From IMG/VR virus record IMGVR_UViG_3300031647_000029, positions 1 through 33,956 of that record: DNA of 33,956 nt. The stretch is one strand, 5' to 3'. Numbering within the stretch: the stretch's first letter is position 1; each line of letters opens with the position of its first letter. The notes below the pieces were generated by a model. It was not told the DNA's origin. It saw only the letters and a program-made list of their open reading frames with translations, and did no database searches. The DNA is from a virus (taxonomy: Duplodnaviria; Caudoviricetes). The translations under genes were made by a program, and so were the position numbers. This document shows positions 1-9,100 of this stretch, one piece after another.

Positions 1-510
1 AATACACATTTACGTGCTATTGCTCCCACCGTATCTAATAGCAAGCTTAGCGGCAACGTTTCACCAGGAATTGAACCATGGGCTGCGAATATCTTTACGG
101 AACAGTCTGCGAAAGGTACATTCATTCGTAAAAACCCAACCTTGGAGAATATTCTCAAAAAACAAAACTTAAATACAAAAGAGATATGGGACAAAATATT
201 GGCAGATGGAGGTTCGGTCCAAGATTTAAAAGAATTAGACGCAGATACCAAAGAAGTATTTAAAACGTTTAAAGAATTAAATCAACTAGAACTAGTTAGA
301 CAAGCTGGCATACGTCAACAGTATATAGATCAAAGCGTAAGTTTAAATTTAGCTTTTCCTAACGAAGCAACGCCTAAATGGATTAATAAGGTTCATATGG
401 ATGCTTGGCGAAAAGGAGTTAAAACTTTATATTATATGCGGACAGAATCAGTCTTACGTGGTGATATTGCAAACCACGCTATGGATGATTGTATTGCTTG
501 TGATGGGTAA
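1..510 (+). CDS. nrdA: Ribonucleotide reductase class I alpha subunit, 3' part (gene starts upstream of window)
   Basis: Frame 1 is open from base 1 and reads NTHLRAIAPTVSNSKLSGNVSPGIEP. It also has QQYIDQSVSLN, GVKTLYY and a C-terminal redox pair CIACDG, all typical RNR alpha motifs. Confidence 0.95.
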   Translation, partial: NTHLRAIAPTVSNSKLSGNVSPGIEPWAANIFTEQSAKGTFIRKNPTLENILKKQNLNTKEIWDKILADGGSVQDLKELDADTKEVFKTFKELNQLELVRQAGIRQQYIDQSVSLNLAFPNEATPKWINKVHMDAWRKGVKTLYYMRTESVLRGDIANHAMDDCIACDG

Positions 511-512
511 TT

Positions 513-546
513 AAAAAAGGGGACCACGTAAGTGATCCCCTTTTTT
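513..546. terminator. Bidirectional intrinsic terminator between convergent nrdA and the late region
   Basis: AAAAAAGGGGA-C-CAC-GTAA-GTG-A-TCCCCTTTTTT: GC-rich stem with a 4-nt loop and an A6/T6 tract on each side, 2 nt after the nrdA stop. Confidence 0.9.
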
Positions 547-590
547 GTTACAGGAACTATTGGGTATGGTGCCCATTCTAAAAAGGTTCC

Positions 591-971
591 TTATTTCATT
601 TTTGTTTTATTTAATTTCTTAACAGGAGGATTATAATCTTTTGGATCTCTTATAGTAGGTTCTGGTTCACCTAAAAATTTTCTAATTTTACGACCCACTT
701 TAGCTTTAATTTCTTTTACTTTAGGTATTACAGAATTATTTACATAGTTAGTTGCAGTAGTTAATCCATCACTGTATTTTTCATATATTTTCTCGGAGGG
801 AATTAATGTGGCTATTGCAGTTCCAGCCGCCATGGGTCCAAACGGTATTTTGTTAGTTCTTACAGAGCTACTTCTAACTTGTTGATAACCCGGAAAGTCT
901 TTAATGTTTTTTATTTCTCCCTTTTGTGGAATAGGTGATTTTGCCATAAATGGACTTGTAAATTGACTCAT
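591..971 (-). CDS. Hypothetical basic phage protein (N-terminal SPFMAKSP motif)
   Basis: 126-aa ORF, last gene of the late region, A-rich leader; no recognised domain. Confidence 0.7.
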   Translation of the reverse strand: MSQFTSPFMAKSPIPQKGEIKNIKDFPGYQQVRSSSVRTNKIPFGPMAAGTAIATLIPSEKIYEKYSDGLTTATNYVNNSVIPKVKEIKAKVGRKIRKFLGEPEPTIRDPKDYNPPVKKLNKTKMK

Positions 972-998
972 AATATTTGTTTTTTTATTTATAGTTTT

Positions 999-1277
999 TT
1001 ATGATTTTTTATGTTTTTTACAAAAAGCCGATGCAGCTTCAACGCTACTAAAACCCCATTTTTTTAAAGCTAATGCTTTTCTAGTAGGTCTACCTTTAGA
1101 GTCTTTCATAGGTCCTTTCATACCTGCAAATCTACATGCAAATGAAACTCTACGAGATCCAGTTCCAGAAGTTTGTCTAGAACCTAATTCTTTACCTGTT
1201 TCAGATTTATATTTTGAGCGCATTTTTTTGTTAGATGCTTCGTACGCTGCGTTAGTAATTTTAAGTGGTCCATTCAT
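999..1277 (-). CDS. Small basic conserved phage protein (resembles DUF6321-type RRxSFxxR...ALxxW proteins)
   Basis: 92 aa, Lys/Arg-rich, motif RRVSFACRFAGMKG...RKALALKKWG. Family name is recalled, not verified. Confidence 0.65.
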   Translation of the reverse strand: MNGPLKITNAAYEASNKKMRSKYKSETGKELGSRQTSGTGSRRVSFACRFAGMKGPMKDSKGRPTRKALALKKWGFSSVEAASAFCKKHKKS

Positions 1278-1279
1278 AA

Positions 1280-1621
1280 TTATTTCTTTTTACACGGGTC
1301 TGATCCGTCTGCTGGTATTGGTCTACAATCGTTAACGGTTTCTCCTGTACCACTTGGCGAAGGCTTTGTGCCACATTTTTTCTTACCTTCCCAACATTTT
1401 GAGTTTTTAGAATTTGCTCCTTTAAAATTCAATGGAGACTTCATCGCAAGAGTTGTGGTTTTATTTTCTTTATGTGATTTTGATTTTTTAATATTCAATG
1501 GAGACCTCATTGGAAGAGCCATATCTTTTACGTGCTCACTAATTTCATCTGCTTGACCAGCGTGCATTTTAGAAGCCGCTCTTAGCTCTTTAACTATCTC
1601 TTGTAACCTACCTTTTTTCAT
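1280..1621 (-). CDS. Hypothetical basic protein with two M[K/R]SPLN repeats and a CW.G...G.K....V.DC motif
   Basis: 113-aa ORF; start overlaps the upstream stop (ATGA coupling at 1618-1621). Confidence 0.7.
   Translation of the reverse strand: MKKGRLQEIVKELRAASKMHAGQADEISEHVKDMALPMRSPLNIKKSKSHKENKTTTLAMKSPLNFKGANSKNSKCWEGKKKCGTKPSPSGTGETVNDCRPIPADGSDPCKKK
1427..1510. repeat. 18-bp direct repeat (17/18 identical) encoding the M[K/R]SPLN repeats
   Basis: attcaatggagacttcat at 1427-1444 and attcaatggagacctcat at 1493-1510. Confidence 0.85.
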
Positions 1622-2082
1622 TGTTTTATTATTTTGTATGTTGTCTTGCCAAATTCTTTTTCAGCTAATAATACTCTGTTTCTATTTTTATCTACGCTTT
1701 GATAACTTACATGTATCCATGAAGGATTTTTGTCATTACCAAATTCCCATATCAATTGATCAAAATTACAATGAGTTCTAATCCAATCAAACATCTCTGC
1801 ATTAGTTTTGTGTCCATAGACGTCATCTAAATCAATTGCCATACCTTTACAATGCTGAGAGCTTGATGCTCCTCCTATGGCTTTATTTAATTCTTCTGAA
1901 CGGAACATGCTATTGATCTTTATTGCTCCGCCAACCCATAATCTTAGCGGTTCAAATATCTTCTCCGCTATTTTCTTCATGTTATTAGTTTGTTCTTCAT
2001 TAGGTATATTGTCTATACCATGTCTCTTAGCTGTGTTAGAATGTAACGCTTCAGCTAGAGTGATATGATCACTTATTTTCAT
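1618..2082 (-). CDS. Peptidase M15A-family zinc peptidase, probable endolysin
   Basis: SMFRS..LN.AIGGASSSQHCKGMAID (SxHxxGxAxD) and WIHVS zinc-ligand motifs. Confidence 0.9.
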   Translation of the reverse strand: MKISDHITLAEALHSNTAKRHGIDNIPNEEQTNNMKKIAEKIFEPLRLWVGGAIKINSMFRSEELNKAIGGASSSQHCKGMAIDLDDVYGHKTNAEMFDWIRTHCNFDQLIWEFGNDKNPSWIHVSYQSVDKNRNRVLLAEKEFGKTTYKIIKQ

Positions 2083-2084
2083 AA

Positions 2085-2861
2085 TTAAAGATTAAAGTTA
2101 ATACCTCGTAGGTTAAATTTTTTAGGTGGTTGTGGCCCATTTACTGGTCTAAGACTTTCTCTAGCTTCATTTTGCAAATCAGCAAGAGTTGGAGAATTAT
2201 AATCTGGCGCGTCTCCCTTGTAAATATCTGTACTAGAGTCAGCTCTATTCATGTGACCATCTGGAAGCATTTCACTAATTTCTTGATTATAAAAACCAAT
2301 TTTTAGATTCTTAGCATATGAACCTTTTATCGGGTCAATTCTTTCGGTTTGTGTATTAAAGTTTCCTGTAGGTGGAACATAGCTTTCAACTGGATCAATA
2401 AGATTACTATCTCCAAATCCTCCTACCATTGTTCCTCTAAAATTATTTATCATATCTTCCTTACTTGCTTCATCCCATCCTGCTTTATATTCATGAGCAA
2501 AACCAAGTATATTAGCTCCAGCAACAGCTGCTATTCTTCCAGGAAAAGTATTACCTAATATCCCTAGTTTTCTTCTTAAACTTTCTGTAGTAAACTGAGA
2601 ACCTTGAGTGTGTCTAGCTTGATCTCTGTCATTAAAAGGATAAGGACCTTTGTAGTCTTCAGATTCATTAAGAAGTGACATTTCTGCTCCTTTAAATTTA
2701 GGCGAACCAAACCAACTATCTACTGCTTCTTCACTTACATTATCATCATCATTTAAAAATGTTTTTTGGATGTAAGGAACTTTTTTTAATAATTTTTCTA
2801 CAATATTTGTGTCTGATTTTTTTAATTCAGCAGCTTTAGCTTTTAAATTTTGTTTTCCCAT
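2085..2861 (-). CDS. Hypothetical protein with D..RH...G.AHE...D..NN..G motif (DUF6973-like, tentative)
   Basis: 258 aa; DQARHTQGS...ANILGFAHEY...EDMINNFRG. Confidence 0.6.
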   Translation of the reverse strand: MGKQNLKAKAAELKKSDTNIVEKLLKKVPYIQKTFLNDDDNVSEEAVDSWFGSPKFKGAEMSLLNESEDYKGPYPFNDRDQARHTQGSQFTTESLRRKLGILGNTFPGRIAAVAGANILGFAHEYKAGWDEASKEDMINNFRGTMVGGFGDSNLIDPVESYVPPTGNFNTQTERIDPIKGSYAKNLKIGFYNQEISEMLPDGHMNRADSSTDIYKGDAPDYNSPTLADLQNEARESLRPVNGPQPPKKFNLRGINFNL

Positions 2862-2862
2862 T

Positions 2863-3144
2863 TTAAAAAATGCTTTTATGTTTCTTTTCTAGTCTTTCAA
2901 GTCTTTTTACTAATTGTCTTTCTATTCTAACATCAGTAGCCTCAAGTTGTTCTTGCTTTTCCTTAACAAGATCATAGTTAATTTCCTGAGCAACTGGCAA
3001 TTGTTTAGCTATTTCAATTTCCGCTTTAAGCGTTGCGTAAGTTAAAGTTAAAGAAATTATACCACCTATTACCATTATTAGAGTTTTCATGTCTACAACA
3101 ATATCATTGCCGTTTAAATCAATCTTTAATTTATTTTTTCCCAT
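2863..3144 (-). CDS. Small single-TM protein with coiled-coil tail; candidate holin/lysis accessory protein
   Basis: Hydrophobic stretch TLIMVIGGIISLTLTYATL followed by a charged helical C-terminus; lies two genes upstream of the M15 peptidase. Confidence 0.55.
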   Translation of the reverse strand: MGKNKLKIDLNGNDIVVDMKTLIMVIGGIISLTLTYATLKAEIEIAKQLPVAQEINYDLVKEKQEQLEATDVRIERQLVKRLERLEKKHKSIF

Positions 3145-6100
3145 TTATGGATTATTTATTATTAGTTTGCGTTTCTTTTTCTTAGAAGGTTTACCTTCAT
3201 TTTTCTCTTCTTTTAACTTGTCTTTATAGTCTTGTACTATTTGTTTTTTAGCTTCTGGTAACTCATATTTATTAATATCTAAACTGTATTGATCCCAACC
3301 AGCCATTAAAAATATACTCTGCCAGGTTTTAGTGTCTTCTTCTAAAGCTGTTCTTACGTTATCAACTTTAGTTATAATTCTATCAATAGGAAAGTTTGTT
3401 ACTGCAGATATAACTTGACCTGTTGCTAGTATAGCTGGATTGTCTATATCTAATCCTAAAGCCATCATTTCTTCTTTGTTGTAATCTACTGCTAAACCAG
3501 CTCCTTTTAATCTTTGATATTTAGAAGATATTGGAGGTGAAATACTTAATGCTTTTTCAGCAACCTTAACATATTTAGGTCTATCTTTTTTAGATTGTTT
3601 TCTTGCTTCCCACATCATATTTTTAATAGTAGCACCAACCGCACCATATACACCTGAACCACGTAGTATTGAATCTAACATGCTATTAGCAATGCTAAGA
3701 TTCTTTTCAAGCATACTTTCTTGTGCCTTTTGACATTTTTCTAGTTCTTTACCAACTTTACCCTCGCAAGGATCTTCATCATCAAACAACACAGCGAATA
3801 AAGCCTGCTGTAAAGCGTTAAATATATAATTTTGAGCTAATCCATAGTAAGCTATTTTAGATAGATTTGTTTTTAAATCACCTCTACCGTTTTTAGCATC
3901 TAAGTAAGCTTTTTTCATTAACCTATTGTATTGCATTGGTGTATTAGCAAAAGCTAAAACTAAACGACCTAAGCTACCAGCTTGTTGACTACTAATTTTA
4001 TCAGGTCTACTAGATTGCTGTGATTTTTCAGCGTTTTCTTGCATATCAAAAAATGCTTTTTCTTCTGCCTCTAATAAGCTAAAACCTTCTGCTTGATAAG
4101 TTTGTGTTCTATTTCTAAAAAACGCAGCGCCACCTGAAGCTATAGCCCAACTATCTACCATTTGAGTTAATACAAAACCATTTCTCATAAACCAGTTAAA
4201 CATAGCTTTAACTTTATTTCCTTTGCCTTTAACATAAGCAGCGATTTCGTCAGCACTTACATCAAACTTATTACCTGATCTTCTAGATTTTAAAAAATCA
4301 CTATTAAATATTCTAACAAAGTCACTTAAGAATTGTGGAAAATTAGCAACTGCTAAAGCAGCCTTAGCTGGATTGTTGTCTGTCCAGTTTAAAAAATTTA
4401 AATTTGAAATTGATTGTAGTATAGCACTTCTACCATTAACAAACATAACTACAGCTATAGAGTTATTTATCCAATTCATAAAGCCATTAACAATTTTGCT
4501 AGTTCCCATAGCTCTGTGTCTACCTGTTCTCATTCTGTAGATACTATCACTTAAAGCTTCTAAAAAATCCATACCAAATATAGCGGATATTTTATTAGCA
4601 GTAGGTCCTGTCAATAAACCAATACCATTTATAGGTCCAAATATAGAGTCAGAGTTTTCTAAAAATTCTTTTAAATACAAGTTTCTATTAGTAGTAGTAG
4701 CTGCGTTCTGTATGTCAGAATCTATATTACCTACTTCCCATGTCTCATCAGGTTTAACATATCCTTCAGCAAAAAGATTAAACGTCTGATCCGCGTAGTC
4801 TTTTAGCTCTTGATTGTCTTCAACAATTCCAATTAATTTTTTAATATCTGTATCACTTAATCCTGGTATTTCATAACCAGCTTTATTCCACATGTATACT
4901 CTAGTAGCATCACCATATGTAAATCCTGAGTAATCTGTCTCTTTGTTCAATAAAGAGTTTCTGTAGAAAGGAACTTTTGCTATTTTAGTATATCCACTTA
5001 TTAAAGGATGTTTAGCTTTTATAGCTTCGTATTGATTTTTAACGCGCATTCTAGCTACATTCATAGCATTTATGCCTCTACCAAATGGTTTCATTAAATT
5101 ATCTTCAAACCAAGCCATTTGTTCTTCACCTATTTTACCTTTACCTAAAAATTGATATATTAAACCTTCAAAATCTTCAGCCGCTGGAGGTAGAAAGAAT
5201 TTATTTTGTTTAATTATTACATCAGTTCTTTTAGCTCTTTGTTCTGAGAACACTTCGTCAGTTGGTATTTTAGATACGTCAAACAATATTTGATTAAAGT
5301 TTTGATTTAAAGTTTCACTGTTTCTTAACTTAGCTAATTGAGTAGTGCCTTTTACATCATACTTATCTAGTAGATCTTTTACAGCAGCAACGTTTTTAAT
5401 AGCATCATCTGCAAAGTAAAAATCATTATAACCTTCTGCTATTTTACCTTCTATCCAGCTTGCTTTAGCTTCTGGTTTACCGTCTTCTAAGCCTGTTATG
5501 TTCTCTATAGGTATATTTAATCCAACACCATCTAAAAAATCTTTAATAGCTGTAGCTGCCGCTTGCGGTCGAGCTGTTAAAACAAATACGTTTTCTGTTC
5601 CTCTTTTTTCTTGTATAGCCTCTGCAACTTCAAACAAAGGTCCTTTTTTACCTTTGATTACTTTGTTAAATTCAGAAAAATCAAACTTAGCTCCTTGAGC
5701 CTCAAGGTCTGCTGATTGCTTAGCAAATTCTGTAGCGTTTATTTTATATGTTTTTCCTTTGCTTTTACCTCTTAAACTAAACTCTAAATTATAATCTCCT
5801 TCTCCAATAAAATCTAAACTAACATCATAAGTTTTTCCGTTTATATTAAAAGAACTTTTTAAGTTGTCTGCAATGTCTTTTTTAAATTTTATAGCGTTTT
5901 TATTGCTTTTTATTTTTTTAGCATCTTTGCCTTTATTTAAAGTAAAGTCTTCGGATGTAATTACATCAGTACTTCCAGTGCTATCTACTGTTTCAAAAAC
6001 CTCTAATTTCCAACCTAAGTCTTTTGAAAGCTTATTAGCTAATGAGTTATATAATTTAACCCTGCTTTTTTCGCTAAACTCTGAGCTAAAACTTATTGTT

Positions 6101-9100
6101 TTTATATTATTATTATTTGCAACAGAATTTATAACGCTTTCGTAAACAGTATTAATTACTTTTTTAGCATCACCAGTATTAGTTACGCTTTGCACTGATT
6201 CAGGCATAGTAACAGTAACTTTGCTTTTAGATCTAGCTAAAGTGTCATCAAAATCAAATATTCTTATTTTGCCATCACCAATAGTTTCTGAATTACGTAA
6301 AGAAGATTCATTGCTTAAAGTAACTTCATAACCTGTTTCTATTTTGAGTCTTTGTGAAAACTCTTCCATAGCAACCTCATACATGTTTTTACCAGTTATT
6401 AAATCATACACTGTTTTTCCAATTTTACCACCATCTAATAAAAACCTTAAATTACCTAAAGGACTATTTCTTCCACCTAGTTTATCTAATGTGTCAGCCA
6501 TTTTATTTAACAAGAAAGACTGTTCAAAGCCACTTAAAATGCCATCAATATCTTGTATGTATGTGTCTTGTAAATAAGACTTAATTATAGATGACGTAAC
6601 AGTAGAAGAATCGTCTACGTGTTCACCTTTCCATCCTGTGAATTTATCATCAATGTTTTGCTTGCCATCTACAAAATGAAAAGAACTAAAAGCAGCATAA
6701 GCTCTAGCAGAAAAAACTGCGTTGGTAGTCTTTTGTAAATTATTAATAGCGTTGTTAACAGCCTCTGCTCTTGACATACCAGCTTTGACTTGAGAATCAA
6801 TCATGTCGTTTAAACTAGAATGATAAGCCTTCATAAATATTTTACCCATTTTTATAGCTGCAATACCTTTAGTTCCTATTGTTCTTCTTAGTTCTGCTAT
6901 TTTTTCTATAGCTGATAAATCTTTATTAGCTATATCTTTAGCAATACTTAATATGTGGCCTAACTTGCCGGCACTCTTATTACCTAATATAATTTTATTT
7001 ATATTAAATTTATCCCAAAGAGCTATAGTTTCTGGACTTGCTTTTGTTTTATTGTTTAATGCTTTATTTATAGCAGACTTTCTTTTTTCTTTGTAAACTT
7101 TCTTGCTATGTTCTACGAGTTCTGCATGTTGCTCTTGACTTAAAGCCATTTGCAGTTCTTCAGTTAATAATTCACCGTTAAAATCGTACATAGCAACATT
7201 AGTAGCATAAATGCCACTTCTAATGCTACCAACGTTGTGTTCTAATACTTGTTTTATAAAATTACTTTGTTGGTTTGCAACATTTTCAGAAGCATTAATT
7301 TGATCGTGAGGTATAAAACCTATAGCTTTAAAAACAAATTTATCTACGTAGTTTTCCATAGCCTCAGACTTAACTATATATCTATAACTGTATTCTGGTA
7401 CCAACTTACCGTTTGTCCAATTTAAATCTCCATTTTTTTCAGGTACTATTTTTTCTCCAATCTGTATTCTTTTACCTTTACTGTCAAGCCAGTATTCTTT
7501 GTAAATTAAATTATACCCTTTTTCTTTTAAATAATTTTCTGTAATAATATCAAGATTTTCCATTGACCCAATGTTGTCAACAAAGCCTGTATTGTTTAAT
7601 TCTACATCGCCAATAAATTCTTGCAGTTCATTTCTTAATAAATCTTGCACAGTCTCTGGCATAAGAGAAAAGTCTTGATCAAAAACAGAAGGATTATAAC
7701 CTAGATCTTGTAATTTACCTAGCACTTCAGAATCTCTAAAACTAGGAGTTGGTCTATTTATAGCTTTAGCCAATACTGCAGCGTAAATTTCTAATTGATC
7801 GTCATTTGTTATTTCTTGTATGCCTTCAAATCTATTTCTTGCTTCTGGATTATTTTGCATTACATCTATAGTTGCGTCAAATCCAAATTCTGCAGCTAAA
7901 GTTTTAGCTAAAGATTCTTTTCTAGTTTGGCTTTTTGTAAAGTACTCAATAAATTCCGTTTGATCGTAAGGTTTTCTAGTGTTTACCTGATTACCAGCTG
8001 TTCTGTTTTTTACACTTGGGCTTAAGTCAGATTGTTTAGTAGAAGCTCTTTCTGATATTAATACTTTAAATTGATTATATCTTCTGTTTATAATAGATTG
8101 ATCAAGTTTTTCGTAAATAGCCTCACCATGTTTTTTCAAAGCATTAGTAAATCTTGTAAGATTTCCCTTGCCTTTCTCATTGTCAACATGTCCAAAGAAA
8201 TCAGAAAACACAACGTCATATAAACTATTTTCAAAACTTGCTTGTAATTGTTTTTTAAATTCGTTTTGACTTATCATTGGAAGCCTAGAACCTAGAGCGG
8301 TTATCGTAGATTCAATAGCTTTTTTATATACAGGATTGTCTTCTTTTATATCTAGTAATTCAAACCAAGTCTTTTGTTGTTCTTCAGTATAAACATCATC
8401 ATCTATTAATGTGCCTACGTTTTTATCATTTAATTCACCACTAAAAACTTTACTTGTAGTGTTTCCAGAGTTTAAAGCGTTTTTACCTTTGTTAACAGCT
8501 TGTGATTTAATCCAAGCAGCTAGATTATCATTTTCAGAAGGATCAAAGTTTCTTATATGAGGTATTAATTCTATTTTTGTTTCAGAAATAAAGTCTTGCC
8601 TGCTAAAATCAGGTGTTCTTGTCATTTTTTCTGTTATTCTTGCTCCGACTATTTTATCTAACATAGGGTATATTTCACCTATAACATCATTAGATATTTT
8701 TTTCCATTCAGCCTTAGACATTGACTTGTTTTTCATAACATTAACACCACCCATTATACCGCTGGCTACTGCATTGATTTCACTATCTCTAAGTGAAGTA
8801 TTACTAGAAAAAGTACCACCATCTGTATTAAGATTAGTTCCTCTTCCTCCTCTTAAAAAAGAATTATTGTAATCTTTTAAAAAATCAAAAGCTTGTTTTC
8901 CAGTAGATATATTTGCGCCATTTATAACGTCAGGAGTCATTCCTAAAGTATACTTATAAAAATCAGTTATTTTATCAGCAAAATCTTGATAAAACTTTTT
9001 GTCAGCTCTTTCCCATGTTATATTTTTAAGCTGCATTTCATCACTTATTGATGTGAATAATTCTTGATAATAATTAGCACTTCCTTTGCCGTATTTTTTT

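Noticed and set aside
553-590. Second imperfect hairpin (GGAAC/GTTCC, TGGGTA/TGCCCA) next to the terminator
   Set aside because: Short interrupted stems with no recognisable ncRNA or tRNA features; insufficient support.
5758-6198. Possibility that the HAD insert is an intein or intron
   Set aside because: No C-terminal His-Asn followed by Cys/Ser/Thr, no LAGLIDADG or HNH motif, and the frame is uninterrupted.
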